In this document: piece after piece, positions 31,296 through 44,559 of the stretch
Layout: each line of letters starts with the position of its first letter
Position numbering within the stretch: the stretch's first letter is position 1
From: Eledone cirrhosa
Taxonomy: Eukaryota
NCBI GenBank assembly: GCA_964016885.1
Contig: OZ024743.1
Location: 315,518,001 to 315,582,000 of the forward strand
Direction: 5' to 3'
Length of the DNA: 64,000 bases
Notes under the pieces: model-generated
Told to the model about the DNA's origin: nothing
What the model saw: only the letters and a program-made list of their open reading frames with translations
Databases searched by the model: none
Program-made: the position numbers and the translations under genes

Positions 31296-31564
31296 CGTGC
31301 GTGCGTGTGTATGGTTTAATTCCTCCAAATCTTCATCATCATCAACACTCACTAACACCACACCCCAGACACATCCAAATCTCTCTTATATATATAGTCA
31401 CACATCTCAACACATCCTGATCTCAGTTTGACAATCGCCACCGACGAATGCGGGAAAGTTGTCCAGCAAAGTTAACCACGAATCTTGAAAATTCTTCCCA
31501 CCGAAGTTAATAAAGAACTCACTTGATCTACCACCTCATAATATTAGATTATTATAAAATTTGG

Positions 31565-31750
31565 ATTTGTAGTTTCGGTAGAGAGTCGGACGCCATGCTT
31601 TGCAGCAAAGAGTTTGGCCCTTTATTGTCTGAGTTCAAATTCCGCCGAAGTTAACACTGCCTTTCATCCTTTCGGGGTCGATAAAATAAAGTACCAGTAA
31701 TACACTGGTATAATTGCTGGCCTTGTGCCAAAAGTAGAAACAATTATAAA
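31565..31750 (+). mobile_element. Octopus-type tRNA-derived SINE
   Basis: gagttcaaattccgccgaagttaac...gcctttcatcctttcggggtcgataaaataaagtaccag...ggccttgtgccaaaagtagaaacaatt. Confidence 0.85.
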
Positions 31751-31839
31751 ATTAAATCAAATTATTTAACACTACAAGTGAGGTGATTCTTTTCCTTTTT
31801 TCAAATATACCTAACTGTACCAAGGATTTCACACATTTT

Positions 31840-31897
<58 letters not shown>

Positions 31898-32095
31898 CAC
31901 ACACATACATACACATACACACATATACACACACACATATATATATATACACACACACACATATATACACACACACACACACACATACACACACACACAC
32001 ACATATATACACACACACACACACATATATATATATACACACACACACACCACACATATACACACACACACACATATATACACACACACACACAC

Positions 32096-32146
<51 letters not shown>

Positions 32147-32659
32147 CACACACATCTGTACACACCCACACATACACACCCACATAAACGTACATACACA
32201 CACATACCTACACATCTATAACAAAAAACTCCAATATACTAAAATATGTATCTAACGTGGCACCTTAAAAGATGCATCTTGTATTACACATGCACGGATA
32301 TAAACATTATAATCATATACATGCCTCCATACATATTCACGTAACATATACATTTGTATATATACATATATATACACACATACCCACACACACACACATA
32401 TATATATATTAAGAGCTATCTTAATAATTATTATTAAATCGCTAACAATTTCCTTTCCGCTCTACTGCTATTACATATAAGTGATTATTCTTCGGTAAAC
32501 GCTCAGAAATTCCATGAGATTGAAATATTCGAATATTTTAAACATCAAAATTCTTTAAAATAAATAATTAATTAATTAATAATAATAAAATTATATTTGG
32601 TTTTTTAATAATAATATATTTTTTTAAATAATATATATTCTTTAATAATAATATATAGG

Positions 32660-33660
32660 TCTCAACTTTAATAATATAACATACACACTTAAACATTTAA
32701 AGTACGGATTGAATCGATAAATTATTAATTAAACATTTAATCAAATTAATTAAACATTAGATAAATTCTTCAACTTAGCTTTGTCCATTTTATTAGTATC
32801 TGTTATTGGCTGTTATTAGTATTCATTCACGCTATATTTTTTTTCTTCGCCTCTTCCCTCAAATTACGCTATTCTCTCTCACTAAAATATACTCAGGTTT
32901 CTCTCTTTCTTTCTTTCGTTTTTCTCTTATTTTTTTTCCCTTATTCCAACGGCTTAATTTAAATATACTGTTTCTAATAATATATATTCTCTAATAATAA
33001 TATAATATAACACACATTTAAACATTTAAACTACGGATTGAATTGATAAATTATTAATTAAACATTAGTAATTAAACATTAGATAAATTCTTCAACTTAA
33101 CTTTATTATTGCTTTATCCATCTTTTTTATTAGTTTTTTTTATTAGTATCTGTTATTAGTTGTTATTATTGAATTTATCCATCTTACGGTATTCATCCAC
33201 ACTATATTTATCTCTTCGCCTCTTCTCTCAAAATAACGCTATTCTCTCTCACTAAAATATACTCAGGTTTCTCTTTCTTTCTTTCCTTCATTTTTTCTTT
33301 TCTTTTTTCCCTATTCCAACGGCTTAATTTAAATATACTGTTTTAAACCTTTCCAACACTAATTTGCATAATAAACCAACAATAAATCTAATAACTCCAC
33401 TACCCAGGAGATTCCAACCAGAATGGTTGCATTTGTTAAGGGTATGTCAATATTTATTTATAAAACTAACCTATTTTATATTTTATTTGATGAAAGCACA
33501 CCATAGTTTGCTCTGGTGGCCCTTAAAATATGTATAATGAAATAAATATGGTTTTATAAATATAGTTTCCATTTGTTAATATATTGTATATTTACTCCAA
33601 TAATTTGTTGAGTGCTTTATATCAGTTATAAAATATTTTGCTTGTTGTATCCCAACAAAT
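32660..33660 (+). mobile_element. AT-rich PLE 3' UTR remnant with ~335-bp tandem duplication and degenerate HHR at ~33481-33545
   Basis: 32660-32990 is repeated at 32995-33345. TTTTAT TTGATGA ..CACCA..TGGTG.. AAAA TATGTA TA ATGAAA. Confidence 0.5.
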
Positions 33661-33673
33661 TAAATATAACCTC

Positions 33674-33733
<60 letters not shown>

Positions 33734-33734
33734 A

Positions 33735-36527
33735 AGGTTAAACAAGGTTCAATGAATAAATCAAAGAATTAGTTTTACAATAGATCGGAAGCACTCAACT
33801 GTAATGGTTTTCCGGCGTTATTAATATTAATTCAAAATATTAACAAAAATAGAACTTCTTGTCATCAAGTATATTTTATTATACATAGTTCAGAGGTACT
33901 GAGATAACTTCAAAATAAATAGTAGAATTCGAAATCAACATACATTTAACGATAATGAATATAATAACACTAGCAATATTAATACTAACAACAACATCAC
34001 AATCAATAGAACATTTTGGAGTACTAATAATGATAATGTAAATAGTACAATTTATAGTAATAACAATAAATCGAAATGTAATTGTAGAAATAGACCAGAT
34101 TGCCCTCTGCAAAATAACTGTCTGGATAGCAATGTGATATATAAATGCACCGTAAAAGCAAATATCATCACATAAAACTATATGGGTGCAACTTCTTCGA
34201 CATTTAAATCAAGATTTGCGAATCACAAATGCTCTTTTTCGAATCTTATTATTTATTTGAATTCTTCAATATAACCTAACTGCAACCTCTGTACCATGGA
34301 GACTATTTTAATAATTACTAATTGTGAAAATTTAATTAACAAAAAAAGTGAATTATTCTCAAACTGCCTTAATAAAGCTTTGTCTACATTCCAAGCCTCG
34401 CAGAAAGTCAGGAAAAAACACTAAATAAACAGGTTCTAATTTTTGACGTCTCTTATCAACTGTGTACCTAAAACGTTATAATAGATAATAAAACTTTAAT
34501 AATTTTTATTTTTTATTCTTTTATGATATTATTAATGTTAGATTAAAGGGTCCTGTTTGCGTATAGAAACATATTATTTGTTAACATGATCTCTTGAGGA
34601 ATGTGCATATCTTTTGATTGTTAAGATATATTTAATTTTTCATTGGGATTCTTGTATATTTTTTAAATATATGGTTTATACGCTTAACAGTTATAATGTA
34701 CCGTAAATCATGCATGCATTTATGTTTTTGTATTCATTTGGAGTATGATTAACGATTCAGGAAGTTTGACTTATATATTTTATTTATATATATATTTACG
34801 GTATATGCGTCACACACCATACTAGTCGACAAACTTTTTTCCACTTAACTTGATGTAAAACATAAATTATAACATTACTAACAACGATTGTACTAATTAT
34901 TTATTATATGTATATCGATCACTAATATCTGGAATACTCTATTTATATTTGAATAAATCTGTATATCTAGTATAATAACATATCTAGTATAGTTACATTT
35001 AAATACTTTAATGACTTTCTTGTGTTATAATCGTTAAATATTTTCTAAATATTTTCTAAATTTTCAAAGTTATATAACGATTATTATTGATAAGTACTTT
35101 AGATACTTTAATGATTTTCTAAATATTTTCTAAATTTTCTAAGTTAAATTTTCTTATTATTTAATTTAATTTAATTAAATTTGGGTTACCTTCCGGTCAA
35201 TGAAATCCTTACGCTTTCTCTTTCTCATGTTTGCAGACACATTATACTACTATATAAATTTATTTTAAAAAAAAAAATTTAAGATCGCAGACAATTCACT
35301 TTTTTACTTTGAAGCAGATCCTTATCCGTATGATTCACGAAGTTTGACTTTTTATATTTATAGTATATATGTGTTACATGACCTTATTATTATAATAATT
35401 GATCTAAAACCTTAATTTTTAACAATATTATCAGTAACTTATTTATTGTATTATATTATGTTATATATAACTGATAGGTATCATCTTAATCTTTAGACAA
35501 TATAATCTGTGTTTATATTTAGACAAATACATATATCTAAATTACTAATAAACTTTTTTAAGTTTTAAGTTTAATTATAAAGCCTTTAATGCTTTAAGGC
35601 ATTCTAATTGTTTATAATGCGAATTATCTTCAATATAATATAAATAATTAAATATATTATAATAAAATTAATAAGAATTACCTTCGTGAGGATGAAAATA
35701 GCATGTCTTCTCTCTCATGTTTGCAATTAGTTTAAATATGAACTCATAACATATGATTTTATGAATTAAATATGATAGTACACTCTAATATTAATACAAA
35801 TATGTATAAACCTTTATAGCCTGAAATATTATACACTTTGATTAATTCATTACTCTGAACTAACTTAAATGATTTGAAAGTTAACGGTTAACCGGATACG
35901 TTTGGATAGTATATATAACTAATTAACTAAGGAAATTAACCTTTATTAATTACACCCAGTTATATTTATGATTTAGATTGATGAATATTTCTAGATAATT
36001 CAATATTTCAAAGATTTGAGTTTACTCTATCGCATAACTATGCCCAAATGTATAGTTATGTATAGATATATATAATTCATCCCTCCGTATAATTAATCCG
36101 CTTTGTCTCTCTTTCCTTGATCAATTCTCTTTTGCCCTCTATACCTCTACTAGCTATATTTTCCCCTCATCTGTTTTCTCTGTCTTTCTTTTTTTCTTTC
36201 CTCTTTCTTCAATAATTATTTGAATCTCTAACAGTTATGTAAATTACTGTTATGTATTTTTAAGATTTCTTACATGCACCCTCTGTACTATATGTATTAT
36301 ATGTAAGTTTTTCATGTCTCAATCTTAAGGTATATACATATTGAGATTTGTCATATCTTAATCACTACCATGACTGAATCTTAACCATCTACTATGTCAG
36401 GGTATGTCATACATCATCTTGTTTTATCTGATGAGGACGTACTGTTGAAGTTAGCTCAGTACCTCTGAAATATGTATAAAAAAATATACTTGATGACAAG
36501 AAGTTCTATTTTTGTTAATATTTTGAA

Positions 36528-36530
<3 letters not shown>
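33735..36530 (+). mobile_element. Degraded PLE: GIY-YIG remnant (~34090-34400), long AT-rich 3' UTR, HHR at 36421-36485
   Basis: DCPLQNNCLDSNVIYKCTVKA...YMGATSSTFKSRFANHK. TTTTAT CTGATGA GGACGTACTG..CAGTACCTCT GAAA TATGTA TA. Confidence 0.7.
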
Positions 36531-36597
<67 letters not shown>

Positions 36598-36672
36598 TAT
36601 ACACATATATATATACACACACACACATCCACACATATATCTATATATATATATCTACATGCATGCACACAC

Positions 36673-36739
<67 letters not shown>

Positions 36740-37184
36740 CATATATATATATATGTATATATACATACACACATACGCTTACACATACACACATATAAAA
36801 CAATAAAATAAATATACAATATACAATAAAATAAAAATACAATATACAGTAGAATAGATATATAATAAAATAAATATACAATAAAATAAATATACAATAC
36901 ATTCATACACATTCACGTAACATATACATATATATATATATATATACATACACATATATACACACACACATATATATATACATACACATATATACACACA
37001 CACATACATATACGCATATATATACACAAACACGTATATATACATATATATACACATATATATATATACATATATATATACACATATATGTGTACATACA
37101 TACACACACAGGCATGTGTATATCTACATACACACACACACATGTACATATACATACGCACACATCTACGCATATAGACACATA

Positions 37185-40100
37185 AAAACAATAAAATAAA
37201 TTTACGATATATTAAAATACATTAAAATATGCATATAACGTCACAGAGATATATAAAAAAGAGGGGAAGGTACATGTATTCGTGTGTTATACCAGACATG
37301 GGGAGTATGATATGCACACTTAGGTCTGTGTACGGAACAAACAATAAGTGTTCCAAAGTGGAACACGTGGAGAGTATGTATTCACGATTGAAGAGGTACA
37401 CATTCATGGAGGCGCGTAGCCTGGTCACATTGGAGTATGCCACTGTGGATGAGGTGTGTTGTCCTATAGGTGCAGGGTACTTGACTGAACGACCGTAGAA
37501 TCCGGGTCAGCCTGTCCCGGCGCAGGCGATGTTCCTTCCTAAGGTGACGTGTGTAGTCAGGTGTGCATCTTGGGTTATTTTGGTTTACCCCACGGGACAT
37601 ATAATGAAATCAGGGTATGGTGTCTGGTCCCTTAAACCCGTTTCGTCGCTCAGGTCGGTGCGTGCTCCGACGCATACCCTTAGCCTGGGCTTCCCGGAGG
37701 ATTCCATGCGGCGAATGTGCACCTTCTCTGGTGTCTGCAAGTCATGATAATTTCAGATTTCAGGTTGACCGCGTCATCTTTCAGTCTGACTATCTCCATG
37801 GCCTCGTATAGGCATAATCTGCACTTTCTACTTCCAGCCGAGTATGCATTCGCGTTCCGAACGATACTCCAGTCAAGGGCGTACGAGGTGCCTTGGTCTT
37901 TCAGGTCCCACATCAGGTCCGCTAACCTAGTGGAGTGCCTCTTGCATCGGTCCTTGAAGGAGTTCGTGTGGTTATACATCCGCGATTTAAAAGTCGTGGA
38001 TGTTGAGCTGATGTAGGTGCGTTTTATATTTGATTTCTAACCACACATTTGTATACCAAGTCCTTCGTCAGGCATTTTCCCTGTAGGGGGCACTGGATGC
38101 CCGTTCTGCAGTTACATGTTCTGTTGTTACTTCGTTCGCTTCTGACGTCTGGCCCTCTCACGCTTCTCGGGGTGTTGTTCCACCGGCACGGTTATCTCCC
38201 CCACGGAAGTCGTTCCCTCCTGGCGTTGGATTGTATTATCTTTCGCGAGCGTGTCGGCCACCTCGGGGGGCGGGTTGTTATTTGAAGGCCGGTCACCGAA
38301 TGGTCCTCCACGCTCCGATAGACGGTCATTCTGCCGCCGCGGTTGACGGTCGATGTTCCCCATCTTTACCGCGTTGGTTTTAGCCATGTAGTCGGCCATG
38401 CTAGGTGCCGTGGAGAAGGAAACTTCACCGTGTGGCGGTTGAAGATTGTGTGGTATTTGTTCGATGGCGGAAAGCACTCGTCTAACGCTTGGAATAGAAG
38501 ACCTGGCACGTTGCTGCGTACATGCTTGGAGTATGGTGCATTAAACCATGTAACGGCCTTGGATCTAGTCTTGTTCTTTCGTGTGTGTGTGTGTAGTCTT
38601 GTGAGTGTGCCCTGGGCCTGATGCCCATCTCTGGTTTTGCCCGTCCATAATTACGTATCCTGTGTTGTCTCTATTTGTGTTCCTACTGCGAGCGTCAAGG
38701 TTATGTCTTTCACTTACTAAGGTATTTCGTTCTATATTGTTGGCTCTACTGCTAATCACTTTAAATTTAAGAGGTGCTGCTGTCTGTGCTATATTACTAC
38801 TACCAGGCCGGGTGTTCTCTCTAGCGGGTGCCATTGCCGTACTTGTCGTTGCTCTGTCCCTAGTCCCTGTTACCGCGGAGTATGCAGTGTGCGTGGTGCC
38901 AGGCCCATGCCTACTTGTACTAGGTGGTCTAGCTCCCAAGGGTGCCTTTCTCCTTCCTACTGTCGGTCGTGTGTCATTAATTCTTTCTACGTTAGGCACA
39001 AGGCCAGCAATAATCCAGTGTATTACTGGTACTTTATTTTACCCACCCCGTAAAGATGAAAGGCAAAGTTAACCTCGGCGGGATTTGAACTCAGAATGGC
39101 AAGGGCCGTAACTCTATACGTCAAAGCTTAACGTCCGACCTTCTACCGATACTGCCACGGCTGAGTTACTACTCGTGTTCTTAGAGACTGCTACCGGGTC
39201 ATTTCTCCTACCTATGGAAGTGCCCTCGCTATTGTCGTATCCGCATGCCTCGGCGCATGGCTCTTCCCTGTCTGGGGTATACACTATGGTGTCTGTGTAA
39301 ACGGCCCTGTGCAGTACCTCATTATAATATTTGACGTGCTGTTTAAATACGTCTGCGTTGGCCGACAGGGTGGATACGCTTTTGGATACCCCTTTAACTA
39401 TAGCTTCTATGAGTGACCTGGCGTGATTCGATTGCCTGTTCACATATTGCAGGTTCTCATTGGGCTTGTGATAAGGTCGGTGGATGCCAGTATTCATTTC
39501 CAGGGTGACGTCCAGGAAATTCACCGTCTTAGTGCTAGGATCTATCGTCATGGATACGCCGTGCTGCTTAAAAAAATGCGATATGCGCTTCCTCATACGC
39601 TCCATCTGACTGGGGTTTAGGGAACGGAAGGTGAAAAGTGCGTCGTCTCTATGTATTCCTCCGCCAATCCCCGGGATCTCCTCTGCTAACCTATGGAGGA
39701 GATAGATCCCCACCAGATCGGTCACCTGCGCCGAGTCGCTCGACCCCATGGTGATATCGAAACTGTCGGGTCTGTCCCCCCTCTCCCATAACTTGTCTTC
39801 TGGCTGCTACTATTAGGTTAGTCTCCTCCCTAGTGAGGTTGGACCTGGCCATGGCGCTCATGAGGGCCTTGTTCACTAATACAGGAGATGCTGACCTGTA
39901 GTAATTATCTATGTCTAATTGAATAAAATATAGCTGCTGCTTGTTACCTACTAACGAGAACCAGTCAATTACCTCCTTAGTGGAGGTCCATAATCTAAGA
40001 CTAGTTTTGTTTCGGTAGTATCGGTGTACCGGTAGTATCCTGTCTATGATATTCTTGCTGGTCCTACCTATGTCAGATTTTGAGGGTGCTATTAACCTAA

Positions 40101-40905
40101 CCGGTAGGTTAGTTCTAAAGTCTAATTTATGGTCCTTAATAGATATCCGAGGTTTTCTAGGTACATATAATTCGGTCCTATCATCTAATCCTAACCGTCA
40201 TTATTTTTATGGTCGTGGCGTTAATATTATCTAAGTTTGTCTGTCCTGTGGTCCTGTATTTTTTCCTAATCTCTTTCCCGATGCAGTCGTTGTATGTAAA
40301 ACAGTCAAGCTTGTATAGATTACCAGTTTTGTCCGAGGGCACAAGTAAATCCGGGCATTCTTCCATGCATTTGATTGTGGACCTGAGACTCCTGAGGTAT
40401 TTCGTACGTCGTGAACTTGATGTTACGGACGATGTTGATGATACGATTCTCAAATTCTTCCAGCTGTGCGTTATGTGGCGGGTGTCGTCTAGATCTAAAT
40501 ATCCGCTTTAGGCGGTCCTGGAGGGTATCGGGTGAGTTTTGTTGTCCTTCTGTCGTGGTGAAATGCGCGCCATCTCATGTGGCGTATCAGTAAGCCCATG
40601 TAGGTGCTGTCAGACGGGATCTGGATGTCCTTTAGGGAGGAGAGTAATTGAATTTTTCCATGGGGAATCGCTTAAGCGCTCTACTTGTGGGGGAGCGTAG
40701 TATATATGAGAGTTTAATGGTAGCTATGATGCTTCCATAGGCGGTATTCCAGTTGAGCACTGTGTTCTTATAAAACGAAAAATCAGTGATGCATCTGGAC
40801 TCACTTTATTGTGTGTTATAATTGTTTCGCCGGCAGATAGCTCGAGACATGATCATTGTATGGATCTGTCTGATTCTAGATCTGCAGGTTATTCGGACGC
40901 ATGCA
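37185..40905 (-). mobile_element. Near-full-length but decayed Hydra-clade-like PLE (RT plus GIY-YIG), with upstream HHR-like motif at 40810-40901
   Basis: RHMRWRAHF, LLVPSDKTGNLYKL, DITMGSSDSAQVTDLVGIYLL, GGGIHRDDAL, VNFLDVTL, WFNAPYS, CNCRTGIQCPLQGKC, CRLCLYEAMEI...NLKSEIIMTCRH. Multiple frameshifts. Confidence 0.9.
38977..39160 (-). mobile_element. SINE inserted inside the PLE ORF linker
   Basis: Full-length match to the SINE copies at 51878-52065 and 54421-54600. It introduces stops in the PLE frame. Confidence 0.85.
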
Positions 40906-41305
40906 ATACTTTCGGAACAAACTTTCTCACTGGGGTGTTAGCTTCAAAAAACATCTTCCTCTCTTCTCTTGCTATTGGCTGTTGTTTTTCTACGTCATCA
41001 TAAATTCTGGTCAATATTTTCTGCCAAACTGGTCGGTTGGGTGGTTCTCTAGTTTTAGGGATTCAAACTCACACACAGACAGACATCCTCATTTTTATAT
41101 ATATAGATATTTCAAGGGCAAATTCCTCTCTCTTCCTCAATCAAATCTCCCTTTCTCTTTTTCTCATCCTCACTCGCTCTCTATCTCATTCTCACACTCT
41201 CATTCTGTATTTCTCTATCTGTCTATTTATCTCTCTAACACATTCTCTCCTCTCCGTCTATCCCTCTAGCTAACTTTTAAATTCTCAATCCTCACTCCCT
41301 CGCCA

Positions 41306-41344
<39 letters not shown>

Positions 41345-41584
41345 TCTATATACGACCACTGGTGTGTTATACACACACACACACACACACACACACATAA
41401 ACACACACATGTGGTCGTTTGTACCACTGTAGTCGTACAGCCGCCACCACCTGCATAATGTCTTCCTGTATTAGTACATTCTTATAATGTTAAACACTCC
41501 CACCTACTCCCCCTCCTCCACTGCCTAGTGCTGCTACTGCCGCTGTTGGCTTGGTATTCAAACAGGCATGGATGTGTCAGATCT

Positions 41585-43160
41585 GGAGATAGATAGATAG
41601 ATAGATACATAGATATGTTTCTTTTATTTGCCACTAGGGCATCAAAAGTGGGACAAGTACAAAGGGGGGAGTTTACACAAAAAGGCGTCCTCAATAAGGA
41701 GGAGGCAATAACAAAATATAAAAATAAAATAAGATATAACAAAAAATAAAATTTATAACAAAATCCTCAATAGAGAGGAGGCGCCTTGGGGGGTCGCACA
41801 CACCCCCGAAAAAAGTGTGCAACCCTTCTCCTCAGGAGCACAGAGAAGGGGTGCTCCCTTGGTCTTTCATCTTCCTCACCTATAGTCTGATGTAGAGCGA
41901 AGGCCCATTCACACGGGCCATTCTCGCCACATTCACCCATCTTTCATAGAAACGGCTGGGGTGCAGCACCTCTCTCTCCATCCTGATCCTTCTTCCGAAA
42001 TGATATCGGAAGAAACGGACCAGTTGTTGGCCAGAGAGAAAGGTGCCTGACCTCAGTCCTTTCAGACGCGTCCACCATACAACCTCTTTCGCCATGGCTA
42101 TTACGCACAGAAACACCGCCTCTGCTTCATCTTTGAAGGGGGGAGGCGCCTTGATCATTACAATAGACTCGGTGGTCAACCGGATCGGTCCCACCCTTGA
42201 CAGCAGTTGTTCGACATAGCCCCACAGATCGGCTACGCCCGAGCAGTGTACCAATGCGTGTGCAACGGTTTCCTCGTCGCACACGCATCTGGGACAGATC
42301 TTTTTGGCGGGGTCCCTACCCGGGCGCCCGTGTCTGTAGAGCCTTTCTCGAACGGGTAAAGCTCCTCGGTAGCACTGCCAGGCCAGGGACTTCTGGAAGT
42401 TGTCCATAGGTCCCGGGCTGAATGTCCTACCGAACAGGCCGGCCAGTTCGTCCTCCTCCATGTCTAGGGCTTCTCCGAGGGCGTCGTCGCACCTGCTGCG
42501 TACCAGCCCTCTATAGAATGTTGCGGTGGAGTCTCCACTGATAACCGGATCCGCCTGCCAGAGGGCGGTGAGCGCCTGGGCACACTCAGTGTGCCAGGCG
42601 CCCAGTTTTCTCGGTCTTTGCTTGACCCACGATTGCAGCTCGGTGAGTGAGACGAGTCTGGGAAAGGTTCGTCTCACAAACGAGGCCCACACCGGTTGTC
42701 CGGTGAGGAATACGTAGAGGTGCCGAAGCCTTAATGCGTCTTTACGCATCATTAGCCACGGCATCCCCAGCCCTCCTTTCGAAGGGTGTTGACAGCAGAT
42801 GGATCTCCTCACCATAGGAGCCCGCCTCTTCCAAAGGAATTGGAAGAGCGCGCGCTCCATCTTGGTGAGGGTTTCCCTTGGGCAGGGCACTACGGTCAGG
42901 CGGTAGTAGATGACGGACGCTATGTAGGTGTTCGCCACCTCCGCCCGACCTTTCAGGGATAGTTTGCAACTGCCCCACTTCTGGGTCAGTGCAAACACCC
43001 TGTTCGTAACCTCCGCCCAGTTTTTCTCCACCTGGAGGTCCGGTCCGAACCAGACCCCGAGCAACTTCACCGGGCCCTCCGTCCAGCGTCCGACGCCGCC
43101 ATCGGAGGGCATCGGTCTGCCCCTCCACGTGCCGAGTTGCAAACCGATCGACTTTAGATA
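41585..43160 (-). mobile_element. 5'-truncated Tx1/L1-like non-LTR retrotransposon (RT C-terminus plus zf-RVT-like Cys/His motif; ORF ~41880-43155) with (TCTA)n tail
   Basis: VKLLGVWFG...LSLKGRAEVANTYIAS...KGGLGMP...CPRCVCDEETVAHALVHC. The 3' UTR ends AAATAAAAGAAAC + (ATCT)n. Confidence 0.85.
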
Positions 43161-43442
43161 CATAGATAGATAGATAGATAGATATGTTTCTTTTATTTGC
43201 CACCAGGGCATCAAAGGTGGGACAAGTACAAAGGGGGGAGTTTACACAAAAAGGCGTCCTCAATAAGGAGGAGGCAATAACAAAATATAAAAATAAAATA
43301 AAATATAACAAAAAATAAAATTTATAACAAAATCCTCAATAGAGAGAAGGCGCCTTGGGGGGTCGCACACACCCCCGAAAAAAGTGTGCAACCCTTCTCC
43401 TCAGGAGCACAGAGAGGGAGTGCTCCCTCGTTCCTTCCTCTT
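43161..43442 (-). mobile_element. Second, 3'-UTR-only copy of the same Tx1-like element, in tandem
   Basis: Near-identical to 41590-41875 including the (TAGA)n tail. Confidence 0.85.
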
Positions 43443-44558
43443 TTCCTCATTCAGTCTGCCTGAAGGAAGATTACTACAGTGTGAAAATCCTCTTAGAAGC
43501 TCTGCAATACAACCAGTACAATTGGGCAATCATTGGAGACTTCAAGATGGTGGCTTTCCTGCTTGGACTCCGAGGTGGCTTTATCAAATTCCAATGCTTC
43601 CTCTGCCTTTGGGACAGCAGAGCCACCTCTCACCACTACAAAAGTAATAACTGGGAGCAGCGAACAGAATTTGTAGTTTGGGACCCGGAACGTCATGCTG
43701 GAGCCACTAGTTGATCCCAGGATTGTGCTCATGCCGCTACTGCACATTAAGTTGGAGTTGATGAAGCAGTTTGTGAAAGCTCTCAACCAAGAATCAGTCG
43801 CTTTTAAGTACCTTCTTGAGTTCCTCCCCAAACTATCTGAAGCCAAAATCAAAGGTGGAATTTCTGTTGGACCCCAGATAAAGAAGGTGTTTGAGTCTAC
43901 CGAGTTCTCCAATAAGCTCAATAGAATTGAGAGAAAAGCATGGAACTGTTTCAAGGCAGTTGTTAAGGGCTTCTTGGGCAACTACAGAGCTGAAAACTAC
44001 CAGCAACTGGTGCAGGATCTGATAAAGGCTTTTGGCGCCATGGGATGCAGGATGTCGCTTAAACTCCATATGCTGGACGCTCACCTGGAAATATTCAAGG
44101 ACAATATGGGCGCCTACTCCGAAGAACAAGGCGAACGATTCCACCAAAATGTGAAAGAGATAGAGCGGAGGTACCAGGGCCACTACAATGAAAAAATGAT
44201 GGGGGACTATATCTGGGGGCTAGTGCGGGAATGCAACCTGGACTACAACCGTAAATCCAGGAAATCCAGTCATTTCTGAAGTGTATAAGTTGAATTATAA
44301 GTGTTATTTGTTTTTACTTGTTTGCTTTTGATAAGCTTGTGTAATAAAATAAATATATACTCTGTTGATTTAATTATATGAACTGATAAATTTCTTTTAA
44401 ATGTGTTTTTTTTTTTAAATATGAAAATTGCGAAATATCAAACTCCTGACCACAAACCTAAACTTCTGATTAAATAATAGTGTGTTTTATAATAATGGGA
44501 TATAACAAACCATGAAATGACACTTAGAACCGGGGAACAAAAAATCTGTTACACGGTA
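43443..44558 (+). mobile_element. Chapaev3 (CMC) DNA transposon 3' part, frameshifted transposase
   Basis: WAIIGDFKMVAFLLGLRGGFIKFQCFLCLWDSRA, PLLHIKLELMKQFVKAL, SEEQGERFHQ...ERRYQG...MMGDYIWGL. Ends gttacacgg, similar to Chapaev3 termini. Confidence 0.85.
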
Positions 44559-44559
44559 T

